45,190 nt of DNA from Octopus bimaculoides (GCF_001194135.2 NC_068989.1:48815389-48860578); one strand, 5' to 3'; numbered from the stretch's first letter, positions 20,521 through 33,291 are shown. Made by a program: numbers and translations. The notes: generated by a model from the sequence alone, not told the origin.

Positions 20521-23500
20521 TATTGCTCTAATTTTATTTGTTTTTTGATTGCCTGTTACTGTTAAATAATTTTTCATGTGGTCGAAGTCTATTTTGGTCA
20601 ATTTATAGAAGGACATAAGGACTTAAAACATGCAGCATTAACATTTATGATTGATTTAAGGAAAGAACTAGAGCCTGTCTTTTGGTAGGTATATGCCTCA
20701 GTGCAATTCCTTTCCTCTCATCATCCTTATATATTCCTATAGTCTTAAAAGTTCTGATAGTGACATAAGGTAGGGTATGTGGACACAAGATCTCTTTTGT
20801 AAAGGTGAGTTTAACAGAATAAATAATGAATTTATTGTATACAATTAAGCTTATATAATGAAAGTATTCTATTCGTCTCCCTTTTTATCACTTTAACAAT
20901 TTCTTCATTATGTAGAAATATAGTGTACCATCATTTAAAAATATTGCAGTTATTGCATGATGTGATATTCAAATTTACCTGATTGTAATGTTCAGCACAT
21001 CTTGCTTCAGTATCCACAATACCCCACAACTATTAGAGCAGATTAAATCATCAACTATTAAGGTATGGATACATGTTGTAGAGAAACTTCTTTGCAGATA
21101 ATAGATACCTAACATAATACCACCATTTATAACAATATTGTTCAATGTCATGTTTTGTTTTCTAAATGGCCAGTGTTATATACAATGAGATGCTTTTTAA
21201 AAACTGGTATTATATAAATAACTAGGCAGGACTTGCTTCTAAAAATCTTGTATCTGGAACTGTGATGGTTTGGCTTCTGTGCTTTAGCATGCTAATGCTT
21301 AGTCTACTAATCTTTTGTTTAATATTGTATTGCCTTTCTATAGAGCCTAAAGTATTGATCCAAATATTAATTTTTTTTTTTACATAAAACTATATTTTAG
21401 AGGAAACAATAAAACGAAATGTTATCATTTTACTTAATAATACTTTATCAAAACTGTTACTTCATTTCAAACCCTAATTTAATTTCAATACAAATCAAAG
21501 AAAAAATGTTAATGGTTTTACATACTATAAAAAAAAAACTAAGTTAAATTTTTCTGATTTACAAAGTGTTATCCATTAATTTCTTTGTTTTATGTTATTC
21601 CTCTTTTATATCCTTTTAGAGATAATACCATTTTTTAGAATTAACAAATATACAATAATCTTTTAGATCTTTCATGGAATCATATAAGGTTGAAAGTAGA
21701 ACAGCTATTACACTCAATCAAAACCTTAATCACAAAAACTAGATTGAAATTGTGTAGTACTTAATACTTCAAAGGAAACAGATTATATATTTTAATGTCA
21801 AAAAGTAGGACATTAACAAAACTTGTGCTTGCTTAATAAATGTAGCCTTTAACTTAAAAGTCCTGATGAGTTGTTGAAATTAGTCTAAGAACAAATTCTA
21901 AGAAATTCTAAAACATTCTTACTGGTTTTAAATTTGATTTTCCAAGTTACAATGAAACAAATATTTTTTCTAAATTGGAATATTTTTTTAATCATAAATA
22001 CAAATGTTTATTATAGCTATGAAGTTGGGTAGCAGCCATTTTCATCTGGACAGACTAATAAATGCATAATTACTGCTTATTATACAAAACAATATTTACA
22101 ATACATACATTTTACATATATATATATAATTTCATTGTACACATTAACCCCACAATTAGAGTGACTTTTGTATGATTAATTTAAGAGGAAGGGGCAGTGC
22201 CAGTTAACCACTGTAGGCCTTCTCAGACTGATAAGATTAATATGGTTGATGTATCATTTGAGCATTTGTAAAAAAGAAGTAGGAGGGAAAGAAATTCCAG
22301 AGAGGAATTATATATCTCTTTACCATTTTTAGCAAGCTGAGAGGCCACATAAAAGCTATCTTGGTGGTTTAATGTCAGATGGCCCTGAGCAAAGGTGGTA
22401 TGCAACTAGCCAGTACAGAAGAGCAGAGGCCATTCTAGTAAAAGAAGAGTGAAAAGACAATATGTTCTGTGGGTCAGGATTGTACATATCTTTAATATAT
22501 ATATATTAGTTACATGTCATGCAAATATGTAAATGTAACTTCATCACATCACTCTATATTTTCAGACATCTGTCAGATGTCATCATTTCAGTAAACCAAA
22601 CATAATTCTGAATTTATTAAATTACATTGTTAAAGAAATAGATATGAAGAAACCTGTGACTACACAACACATTTCCTACAGCATATATATGATGAAGTTT
22701 CAACTGATTTCTTTCACTGTCTTTAGCTGATATCTACCATTAAAATTGGTATCTCTCTCCCTTTCTCTCTCTCACACACACATACATACACCCTTCAATG
22801 ATGTAATGCAAACTTGTCTGCTCTAATGTCAGTGTTGGTAGCAATCATGGAAACAACATACTAGTCTTAAAGATTGGTAATGATTGCAAATGTATTTAGT
22901 TTCATGAAATAAGAATAAATAAATGAAAGTTTCTTTGTTGATAAGTTTACTGTAAAAGTAGTCTTGTCTTAGTTTATCCTCATAGTGCCAAAATGGTTGT
23001 AGTACTACTTCAAAACCTCAAGGAAGTTAAGAAGAAAGAAAAAGACAAGACAAAAAAATGCATTGAGAGCAAATGGAAAGTTCCAAACAAAATAAGAATT
23101 AACAGAAGAACTGAAAGATTTTGATTTAAAAGATGAATTGAAAGAAAAGAAAATTAATTTAAAGGTTAGAGAAGTTTGGAGAAAAATATTTTGGAAAAGA
23201 AGTAAATGATTTGAAAAGAAGAATTATTTGGAAGAAAAATAAAAACAAAACAGAAAACAAACAAACCACAATATGAATCGTGTTTAATGATAAAGTTGAT
23301 ATATGTGAAAGAGAAGAATAAATATAATGAAAACTGCTATGGTAAGGCAAACAAATCACCATTTCAAACAGAAATTTTATATAAAAGTCAAAACTACGGT
23401 CTCAAAGATGAAATGAAACATTTCCTTTTCTGCAATTTTCTTTTCCACAAAACACACACACACACACAATACATGATTGTGTTTATGTGAGAGTCTGAGA

Positions 23501-23559
23501 GTGAGAGAGTGAGTTAGTGAAGATTGGTTATGTATTTGTATGAGCAATATTAGTATCAG

Positions 23560-23920
23560 TGGAGTGGTAGTAGTAGCATCATCATCATCAATAGTAGTAG
23601 TGATCACAATAGTTAGAGCAATGGAAATAGCAATGGTGGTGGTAGCAGTAGTAGTAGTAGGTAAAGATAGTAGTGGTAGTGGAAGTGGTAGTAGTAGCGG
23701 TAGTTGCAGATGGTGATGGTGGTGATGATGGTAGTAGCGAATGTGTATTTGTGTTGAGTTGTAGTCACAGCAACAGCTACAGCATTAGTATTTGTAACAC
23801 TAGAAGCAATAGTACTATTTGTAGAAGTTGTAGTAATAATTTATCATAGAATAGCAATGGAAGTAATAATCAAAGTAGTAGTAGTATTAGTAGTAGCAGT
23901 TGTAGTAGTAACAACAACAA
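23560..23920. repeat. Degenerate GTA/GGT/GAT trinucleotide low-complexity tract
   Basis: Seen directly. Confidence 0.85.
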
Positions 23921-24476
23921 TACAGATCTTGTAGAACAAAATCAATATCAATGTAAAACAGAATTAAAGCAAATATATTTTCAATTATTTCTTTTATTTC
24001 CAATAATTTTTCCCACCGTCTTTTTCCAACTAAAACCTCTTATTTTACAACATTGCTTAGTCTTTTATTTATTTATTTATTTATTTTTTCTTAAGTATAA
24101 GACAAATTTAAATTATAACACAAAATTACTATTTCATTATCTGAAATGATCAAAGCAAGAATTTCTTTTACTAGGTGATTCAATTTAGTCACACAAGAAA
24201 TAGTTCATACACACACATACATGTGTATGTCAGCATGTATAAACACAAATATATTTGAAAATGTGTGTGTATATATGCATGTGTATGTATATGAGGGGAA
24301 GGAAGAGAGTGTGCGTATTTGTTTCCTTTCATTTTTTTTCTTTTTTTTTTATCACAGATAAAATTAACTAAGAGAAAAATATTCAATGAAACAGAAAGTG
24401 TTTTAGAGATTAGACAGAAATACAAACAACAAAATTCTGATCTGGAGAAACAGATAGCAAAAGAAAGAAGTATTTA

Positions 24477-24478
<2 letters not shown>

Positions 24479-24514
<36 letters not shown>
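24479..24514. repeat. (GA)n microsatellite
   Basis: Seen directly. Confidence 0.95.
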
Positions 24515-24517
<3 letters not shown>

Positions 24518-25496
24518 GGAGACAGAGAGATAGAATTAGATAGTAAAGAGAGAGAGAAGAGAGAAAAGATAAATCATAATGATATGTCATAATAGATGCA
24601 GCAAAAGCAAAAGATCAATGAATGGTTTTAGTTCAGGTTGAGGAACTGTAATGGCCAAATGACTAGGAGTAGTAGTAGTAGTTGTTGTTCAACCACAGGT
24701 CAGACATGACTGAACTAACATATGAACAAAGACATTCCAACTGTGACCGTCCAATCTTTTATTCAGCCATAGTGTATCTTATCTAGACCTACTTTATTCA
24801 ATGTATCTTTGTATTTTGAAGATAAGAGAGTGTAACTTAAAAATTTTAACTGCTATTTCTAATAGACATAGTGACAGGGTAAAGACACTCTCACTGGCTT
24901 GTGATTAGAACAGAGAAGTTTTAAACTCATCCAAGTTGCTGAGTTGGTAACTTGCCAAAGGGTTGGTTGTCCATTGGCAAGGCACTAAGTTTTAAGAGCC
25001 CAGAAGAGGACATAACAACAGCAAGCTGTAACGGCTTTCATGGAAATGCCTCATGAATGACTTTAAATGAACAGATGTAAATGCTTACAATGACAAAAAC
25101 TGGCTAGTAGTGTGAGGAACACAGCAGAACATTTAGAGGCACAAGTCCTTAGCTTTAACAAAGACTAGCCAAAAGTATAGTGAAGTTACAATAGACTATA
25201 AAGAAATGTAATTCCTTCTTACTATGAGGGGGCAATGATGTAAGGTAGGAAGTTCACAACAGATCATCATTATTGTTGTTTAATGTCCACTTTTCTGAGC
25301 TTATATGGTCAGATGAATTTACTGAGGCAGAATTTTCTATGGCCCTTCCTGTTACTGTTTCCAGGCAATGAAATATTTTCTCACAGCTGGATATGTTTTC
25401 ATGGAAAATTCAAAATGAAGGACACCGCTTGTATGATGGTAATGTTTCTTTACAACTATTGCACAATGTCAAGACAAGGAGACACAAACATGGAAA

Positions 25497-25943
25497 GCAT
25501 GGCTGTGTAGTAAGAAGCTTGCTTTCCAAATGCAAGGTTCTGGGTTCAGTCCCACTGTGTGGCATACTGGGTAAGTGTTTTCTACTATAGCCTTGGGCTA
25601 GCCAAAGTTTTGAGACTGGATTTGGTAGATGAAAACTGAAAGAAGCTCAATATGTATACATATATACATCTATATATATGTATATACATATATATACACA
25701 CACACAAAGACACATGTGTATCTATGTGTGTCCATGTTTGTCCCCCCACTGTCATTTGACAACTGATGTTGGTGTGTTTATGTCCCTGTAACTTAACAGT
25801 TTGGCAAAACAGACCAATTGAATAAATACAAGGTTTTAAAAGAATAAGTCTCGGGGTTGATTTATTTGACTAAAAGAACCCTTCATGCTGGTGCCCCAGC
25901 ATGGCTGCAGTCAAATGACTGAAACAAGTAAAAGATAAAAGAT
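25497..25943 (+). mobile_element. Full-length CORE-type SINE with internal (TA/CA)n and (TAAAAGA)n tail
   Basis: A and B boxes, central domain, and 3' end ggtgccccagcatggctgcagtcaaatgactgaaacaagtaaaagataaaaga. Confidence 0.9.
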
Positions 25944-25952
25944 ATGAGGTGG

Positions 25953-26100
25953 GCTTCTTTCAGTTTCTGCCACTCACAAGGCTTCGATTGGTCTCAGGCT
26001 ATAGTAGAAGACACTTGCCTAGAGTGCCACGCAGTAGGACTGAAGATGAAACCTTGTGGTTGTGAAGCAAACTTCTTAACAACACAGCCATGCCTGTGCC
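25953..26100 (-). mobile_element. CORE-type SINE head, inverted relative to 25497-25650
   Basis: Reverse complement GCATGGCTGTGTTGTTAAGAAGTTTGCTT...CAAGTGTCTTCTACTATAGCC...GAAACTGAAAGAAGCCC. Confidence 0.85.
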
Positions 26101-26329
26101 TATCAGATATATATCATACAAAAGTAACTGATGCAGGTTACCTGTGAAGCAAAGAAATTGAAATAAATTACTAACAGATGGTTGGCAGGACAATGAAATA
26201 TATCAAATGAGCCAAACAGAAAGATGAGTAATATGGAGAATGATACGATAAGAATTCAGTGGAGATTGTCAACACTCGTTTGTGCTTGTACTCTCAACTA
26301 ATAAGATGCAGGATACTTACTGAATTTAA

Positions 26330-26777
26330 CACTTTCTCTCCCTCTCTTTGGCTGGGTAGCCATGTATCTCCTCTACTGTAAGACACCTGTTTCTGTCTCT
26401 CTATCACACTCTAACTTTTCATCATCTGACACATGATCACCTCTTCTAATGCCCCTCCCCTCACAAAGATTCCATGTCTTGCAAAGTTACTTGGTGACCC
26501 TGCAGATGCCACTTAAAAAGCACCCAGTCCACATTGTAAAGTGGTTGGCATTTGAAAGGGCACCCAGCTGTAAAAAAAACCATGCCAAAACTGACCTCAC
26601 CTGTGCTGGTGCCACATAAAAAACATTCAGCCCACTCTGCGGAGTGGTTGGTGTTAGGAAGGATATCCAGCCATAAAAACCATGCCAAAACAAACACGAA
26701 GCATGACACAGGCTCCTGCCTGGCCAGCTTCTGCCAAACCATCTAACCCATGCCAGCATGGAAGGAGGATGTTAAAC

Positions 26778-26816
<39 letters not shown>
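26330..26816 (+). mobile_element. Retroposon with pyrimidine-rich body and RTE-type 3' end, with duplicated 3' module and (GAT)12 tail
   Basis: Two successive [g(a/g)tgccac.taaaaa.ca..cag.ccac...gtggttgg..tt.gaag...ccagc..taaaaaccatgccaaaac] modules (about 26504-26595 and 26608-26695), then ccatgccagcatggaag..gatgttaaac(gat)n. Confidence 0.8.
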
Positions 26817-26820
<4 letters not shown>

Positions 26821-27118
26821 TGAACTAGAAAGAAATGTGTGCTTCAGCCATGGAGACAATATGTAAACCAACAATAATTTGGCCTGTAAGTGTTATAGGA
26901 ACCCTACTTAACTTAGGTGTAATGCAGTTTAGTATTTGGACTACGTGCAACTAGAAGAGAGTAGTTAATAGTGTAATTCTAGAGCTTTAACTCAGAGATT
27001 CCAGACAGGGGACAGGTATAATTTTGTCATTTCTCAATCAATGAATGAACTGTTGTCTTAATCAACATGACTGAGAGTATTTCATGGTATAATTAACCAT
27101 AAGTTTTATAGAATCCTT

Positions 27119-27525
27119 ATCATCACATCATTTTGCCATCTACTTTTCAATGCTTGCATGGGCTGGAGTTCATGAAGTCTGATTTTTCTGCAGCTAGATT
27201 CCCTTCCTGTTGCCAACTTTCATCTGTTTCCAAGCAAGATAATGTTTCTTCATGGCCAGATAAATTTTCACAAAAGTTTGGATAAGAATGACAACACATG
27301 TACAAAGGTGACACTCATTTACAACTCCTGTGCATGGGGATAAACATACACCCTTGCACATACACATGCAATGATCTTCTTTCAGTTTCTATCAACCAAA
27401 TCTACCCACAAAGCCTTGATTAGCTTGGAGTTATAGTAGAAGACACTTGCCCTGGATGTCACAAACTAGAACTGAACTTATAACCATCTGATTGGGAAAC
27501 AAATTTAACATGCCATGTCTGTACC
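27119..27525 (-). mobile_element. Composite SINE: CORE-type head plus RTE-type (GAT)n tail
   Basis: Head at 27370-27525 is contiguous with a body ending in the reverse complement of the RTE terminus (gttggcaacaggaagggaatctagctgcag...ccatgcaagcattgaaaagtagat). Confidence 0.65.
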
Positions 27526-27544
27526 TAAATACAAAATAATGTAT

Positions 27545-27920
27545 TCTCTCTCTCTCTTTATATTACTCTGGGCATCCATGTATCTCCTACAGCAAGGCAC
27601 TTAACTCTATTCCTCTATTATATTTTTAACCTCTAATCAACTGGCACAAAGCTGCCTCCCTAAATACTACTCTGCCTATTAGTCAAGGTGTCTTTGTCTT
27701 GCAAGTTATTTGGTGACTCTACCAGAGCTGGTGCTATGAAAAAAAATGCACTCAGGACATTCTGCAAAGTGGCTGGCATTAGGAAGTGTATCCAGCTGTA
27801 GAAACATGCTAAAGCAAACGATATAGTGTGGTATAGCCTCTGGCTTGCCAGTTCTTGTCAAACAGTCCAACCCATGCTCGCATGGAAAAAAGGACGTAAA
27901 GTGATGATGATAATGATGAA
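27545..27920 (+). mobile_element. Same family as 26330-26816 (single 3' module)
   Basis: Shared ccatgtatctcct...gtcttgcaa.gtta.ttggtgac body and RTE terminus with GAT tail. Confidence 0.75.
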
Positions 27921-28973
27921 CAGAAATTAAAGTAAAGAACCTACAAAAGTGTAAGTAGCTGAATGGTACGCTAATGAATTTTAAAAGGATATAAAAAGAA
28001 GAATACCGAGGAGAAAAAGAAAAGCACTTTCAGTTCTGTGTGCTGTGTCTATTAATGGCAAACCATGACAGAAAGCAAGTCTAAGACACTGAAGAAAGAT
28101 TCAAACCTAAAGTAGCAGCCAAAATCAGTTTTACATTTAGTCCATCCAGTTATTTAAAATATGCACTAGGTATGTAATGAACTAAACTCAGTTAATTACA
28201 CATCTTACCACTACAGTTTTGACCTCATGCCCATGTGATAAATTAATATATTAACCCTGATCATTGATTGAACTTGTAGTTACAATTCTATAAAAAGGAA
28301 TGCACAGAAAGCAATGGCATCTGTCCACAAGGCCTTTGTCTCTAAAGTCAAATTCTGGTGATTAATGTATTTATTTCCACTTTTAATAGAGTATTCAAGA
28401 ATATTCAATAAACTATTTAAATGTGTAGCATGGCTAAAATAAATGAAGAAATAACAATGTTTTGTAAAATTTTGTCCTTTTTCTGCTTAGTATTAATCAA
28501 TAAGAGCATACTATTTTTAACAATAATCTTAAATTAATCTCCATGTTAATAACACCAAGAAATATTCTTTATATTTATTGAAGAATGATAAATTTCTGAA
28601 AATGCAATGCATGGAGGAATTAACAACTTAGTTCATTTAAAAGGAAGGAGAAGAAAACAAACAAATCTGCATCTCTATTTTCATTTAATCATTATCAAGC
28701 AATCATTCTATCAATTAATGAATGTGTTAATGACTATGTTTTAGAGGTGCTTCAGCAATCAAAATCTAGTATTCTCTACAACAGTAAGAATAAAAGAATG
28801 CTGACCCGTACACTCTTTTATACTTACCACCCAGAAATTTGTTTCATTCATTGGTGAAAGGTAATTTTGTTACTATAAAGCAGGTGATAATTAACATTAT
28901 TAATCAAAATTAATATCTGAAAAAAATCTTCCAGCATGGAATATATCTAAGTTTCATAGACGAGACATTATGC

Positions 28974-29400
28974 CATCAGCAGTAACAACATTTTAACATC
29001 CACTTGCCATAGTTGCATGGATCAGATAAAATTTGTTGAGGAGATTCTCTATGGTTAGATGTGTTTCCTGTTGCCAACCCTCATCAGTTTCTAAGTAAGC
29101 TAATATTATCCCTAGTGCCATTAATATGAATTTGCACAATGGGTGACATATTTTCATGAAAGACAAATGTTTTTGGATGAATAGTGACTTTGTTTACAAT
29201 CAACATGTGATATCAAGATAAGGAAACACACAAATACAACAGTAGTTTTCTTTCAGTTTCCATGAACTAAATCCATTCCCAAGATTTTAGTTAGCTTAGG
29301 GCTATAGTAGAAGACAAATATACAAGAAACTGATCAGTGGGACTGAACCTGAAACTATGCAATTTCAAAATGAGCTTCTTTACCATAAGACCTTGTCTGT
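28974..29400 (-). mobile_element. Composite SINE: CORE-type head plus RTE-type tail
   Basis: Same layout as 27119-27525. Confidence 0.65.
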
Positions 29401-29544
29401 ACTTATTTTCAATTAATTATCATGATAAGAGCTTTAGTTTTTCATTTAAACTTCCAAACATTTTAAGGAATAACTTGCTAAATAATGCCTAGGTAAGTAA
29501 GGCTATTATCTGAGGTCATGAAGTATATTTCCTGAGATCAATAA

Positions 29545-29765
29545 CCCTTCAGTATTTCAACCAGCCATATCTGGCCCAAAATATTCTACCTGTTTTATAT
29601 TCACACTGGTGAGATCCAGTCTCACACACCTACCCTACAATGTCATTTTAAACATAAACAGTCATGCTATTGAAATCTAAAGGCTACAAGATAATACATG
29701 ATTAATTCAAAATAAGGTGAATAGACAAGCATTGCATTTGACAGAATAATCTGAATGCTAAAGGG
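29545..29765 (-). mobile_element. piggyBac-like MITE, second copy
   Basis: ATAA|CCCTTCAGTATTT ... GAATGCTAAAGGG|TTAA; collinear with 17011-17216. Confidence 0.8.
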
Positions 29766-30192
29766 TTAAGCTTATTTTCAGGGATTGAGAGGCATTTACT
29801 ACCAAGAATTACAAGGTATAACAGCTGGGATATGATCTTACCCTTGAATTTACAAATTTCTCTACTCAGTGCAGATACTTTCTTTATTACAGAAAATTTT
29901 TACGAGTTAATTACTGTTCAGGGCCACAAACTTAGTATTTGGAACTTCAGTGGAATGAAAGGGAAAGGTTGAGCTAGAAGACTCGGTAGAGTTGAGGAAA
30001 TTGATTTTATTGTCTTGACAATTATGTTTTCCAGATATCTTCAAATACTTATATGAAAAAATAAACTATGTATGTAAGTGTGGACAAATTTTTCATTATT
30101 GCTGCTGTTGCACTATATAAATTATTTCTCTGTTGATGTGCCATTGATAATTTTCATTTGGTCTGGTTTCTCTATGTCTTCCTCTCTCTTTC

Positions 30193-30228
<36 letters not shown>

Positions 30229-31346
30229 CGTCTCAATATAAATAGAAAATTACTTTTAGTTTTAAGTAATCAAATCTTGTAAAGGAAATTGAATTACAAA
30301 CTCCACAAATTAAAAGACAATAAAAGTCCAAAAGAAAATGAAAGCAAAGCAAAAGAAGGGAAAAAGAGAGTGAGTTTAAACAGCCATACAGCTTATAGCA
30401 CAGCACTAGATTGAAGTTAATAATACTTTAATGGCAGAAAGACTTACATATATCTTACCTCCCTCCCACCTTGCTTATAAGACATTTTGTGGTAGACATT
30501 TTAATTTAGGAACAAATTATTGTTTTTATATCATGTATTAAATCGAATTGCATTTACTGATTAGTGGAAGGAAGTATAAATAATATAAATATATATAGAA
30601 TTTATAGAAAAAACAACATACAATTTTCAAACAAAATTGAGAAAATCATTTGGTTTTCATTTTTTTTTTTGACATTTGTTAAAATATAAATTTTTACTTC
30701 TTTTACTCGTTTAAGAAAATAAAATTAAGAATGTGAGAAAATATATTGAAGATGTAAAAATAGAAGAATGAAAGTGCTAGCAGTTGGTCTGATTGCTGTC
30801 GATAAGAAGAATTTAAAACTGCCGAACTAATTGTAATGAGCAAGAAAACATTTTGGGGAAAGTAATTTGGCTAAGTAGAAAAATCTCTATGCATAAGACA
30901 CAGTCATAAAAAAAACAAAAATACAAAACCAAAAAAAACACAAGCATAACTTTGCATGCTTAAGCTTAATGCTAACTTAAAAATCTATCATTTAATTTTA
31001 TTTACAATTGTTTTTCTCCTTTTCCAAGAAAGTGCTTTTTTTGGTCATACTCTTAGCACACATATACACAGTCATGCATGCATACATATGTACACACACA
31101 CACACACACACAAGCCTTCAACAGGAAAATTAAATCGGATAACAAGTAGAAAGTGGAAAGTAAAATACAACTAAAAGCTTAATTATATTGAATTTTCATC
31201 CTCAAATCATCCATCTTCCCCGCCATCCTCCTCCTCCTCCTCATTATGACCATTATCATCACTCCTACCACCAAGCCCACCTGCAATATGATTTCTTTTT
31301 ATTTGTTATATCCACATATTGTGAGTCAATATATATATATATATAT

Positions 31347-31678
31347 ATCATCATCATCATCGTCGTTTAACGTCCACTTTCCATGCTAGCATGGGTTGGA
31401 CGATTTGACTGAGGACTGGTGAAACCAGATGGCTACACCAGGCTCCAATCTGATTTGGCAGAGTTTCTACAGCTGGATACCCTTCCTAATGCCAACCACT
31501 CCGAGAGTGTAGTGGGTGCTTTTACGTGCCACCGGCATGAAGGCCAGTCAGGCGGTACTTGCAACGGCCACGCTTAAAATGGTGTATTTTATGTGCCACC
31601 TGCACAAGAGCCAGTCCCGGGGCACTGGCAATGATCTCGCTCGAAAGTCCTTACACATGCCGCGGGCACAAGTGCCAA
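31347..31678 (-). mobile_element. RTE 3'UTR copy inserted in (TA)n
   Basis: Reverse complement closely matches 39352-39686; (TA)n on both flanks. Confidence 0.9.
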
Positions 31679-31690
31679 TATATATATATA

Positions 31691-31733
<43 letters not shown>

Positions 31734-32053
31734 ATATGCACACACACACACACGCGCACATTGTTAGTTAAAACACTGGTAACACTGGTTTAGAAGAACT
31801 ATCTCAAACCAACTTGCATTCTTAGATGTTTATGTAAACTAATGCATCATCAGTCTGTATTAACTATTTGCCTACAAGCTTAATTTCACATTTGTTACTA
31901 ATTACACTCCAGCACTACCAGCCACTACAAAACCTCAACCAATGAATGCAAATACTATTTCTTCTGCTCTCAAAGATTGAGCAGAAGCTAGAAGTTAAAA
32001 TAAACTAAGTGTGCTGAGTATATTTTCATTGGACCTAACCTAAATCCCACTCA

Positions 32054-32253
32054 CATGAGGGGGTGCTGCAAAGTCTCTGGCTTTTAGGGTATCACGAAAA
32101 GTCTGAGTTCTTTTACAGGGCTTAAAAAAATTGAAAGACTGCTGCAATAAATGTGTGAATCTGAGAGAGGAATATGTTGAATAAAATCATAATTAACTGA
32201 CCTACCCTGTATTTTCTTTTACCCAAAGCCAGGAACTTTTCAGTGTCACCCTA
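32054..32253 (+). mobile_element. Mariner-derived deletion remnant or MITE
   Basis: Imperfect TIRs TGAGGGGGTGCTGCAAAGTCTCTGGCTTT and AAAGCCAGGAACTTTTCAGTGTCACCCTA. Internal sequence translates to CNKCVNLREEYVE*, like a mariner C-terminus (W.KCV...G.YVE). Confidence 0.7.
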
Positions 32254-32279
32254 CTCCCATATATATATAAATATTTATA

Positions 32280-32440
32280 TGCTGGCATGAATAAGATGAT
32301 TTGACTGGAACTGGTAAACCAGAAAGCTGCACCAGGCTCCAGTCTATTTTGGTTTGGTTTCTACAGCTGGATGCTCTTTCTAATGCTAACCACTCCATAG
32401 AGTGTACTGGGTGTCTTTTATGTGTCACCAACATATACAT
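32280..32440 (-). mobile_element. Older RTE-type 3' end fragment
   Basis: gctggcatg..tttgactg..ctggtaaacc..gcaccaggctccagtct..tttctacagctggatgc..ttctaatgctaaccact. Confidence 0.75.
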
Positions 32441-32519
32441 ATGAACATATACATACATATATTCATATACATACATATATGCATATGTGTGTGTATGCAT
32501 ATATATATATATATATGAT

Positions 32520-32808
32520 GGACTCTCTCATCGTTAGACAACGTATGAGGGTTCAGCAATTTTTTACTGAACAACCACACAGATGATTTGCTTATAGTGA
32601 TCAAATGTTTGTGTAGACATAAGCTCACTACCTCCATCAGATCGACATCACCTGTACAGGTGTAATAAGTGCCACATGTCAGATGTCGAAATGACCACAG
32701 AGCAATGTGAAATGAAATGCTTTGCTCAAGAACACAACGCAATGTCCAGTCTAGGAATCGAACCTATGATCTCACAATCATGAGTGCAACATCTTAACCA
32801 CTAAGCCA
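32520..32808 (-). mobile_element. tRNA-derived SINE family 3, flanked by (TA)n
   Basis: Reverse complement TGGCTTAGTGGTTAAGATGTTGCACTCATGATTGTGAGATCATAGGTTCGATTCC (clear A and B boxes); homologous to 12067-12335. Confidence 0.85.
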
Positions 32809-32814
32809 TATATA

Positions 32815-32847
<33 letters not shown>

Positions 32848-32939
32848 CAGATGTTATACATCACATACAGTCACAATGCGATTCCAATTCTTTTGCATCC
32901 TTCTTTTCCATATTGGCCTGAATCTTCTCATCGTAAGTG

Positions 32940-33240
32940 GAAGTTTTCCAAGTGGCCATTTCTGGTCTCTTAGATATCATTTGGCAACTGCACGGGTCCA
33001 CCAGTAGCCATACCAGCACTCTTATAAACAAGTGAGATGTCGGATACTCTGTATGAGGAAGAACATTGATTGGCCACAATACAAAGAGCTGAGATTCATA
33101 TTTGGAATATCATTGAAGGAGTATATCTGGAATGAGGTAAATTAGGAATGGTGTGAAATGAACACTGTGATCACAGAGTACTGAAAACACAAGTTTTGCT
33201 AGACTGGACATGTTACCAGATTCACAGGCAACATCTTTAG
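32940..33240 (+). mobile_element. Heavily decayed RTE-like RT C-terminal remnant of a different lineage
   Basis: Pieces PVAIPALL*TSE (33001), LATIQRA, FIFGISLKEYIWNE and VITEY*KHKFC*TGHVTRF (33167) resemble PAMLY.SETW..QRAME..GISL.E.I.NE..K.K.RWAGHVAR. Confidence 0.55.
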
Positions 33241-33291
33241 ATACATTCAGACATACTTATATGTACTTCGTTTATATATCTATATATATGC

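Noticed and set aside
21863-21910. Hammerhead ribozyme-like CTGATGA..GAAA
   Set aside because: No credible stem II, and stems I and III cannot be paired.
29893-29967. Exon-like ENFYELITVQGHKLSIWNFSGMKGK
   Set aside because: The 3' half resembles a decayed family-2 SINE (atgaaagggaaaggttgag) and the donor is poor.
31175-31285. Minus-strand VGLVVGVMIMVIMRRRRR (TM plus basic tail) or GGLGGRSDD..EEEEE exon
   Set aside because: Both readings follow from degenerate GGT/GAT/GAG trinucleotide repeats, and the acceptor lacks a pyrimidine tract.
32876-33007. 43-aa ORF with signal-peptide-like start (MRFQFFCILLFHIGLNLLIVSG), and the antisense ORF 32861-33079
   Set aside because: Overlaps a decayed RTE-like remnant; no independent support.
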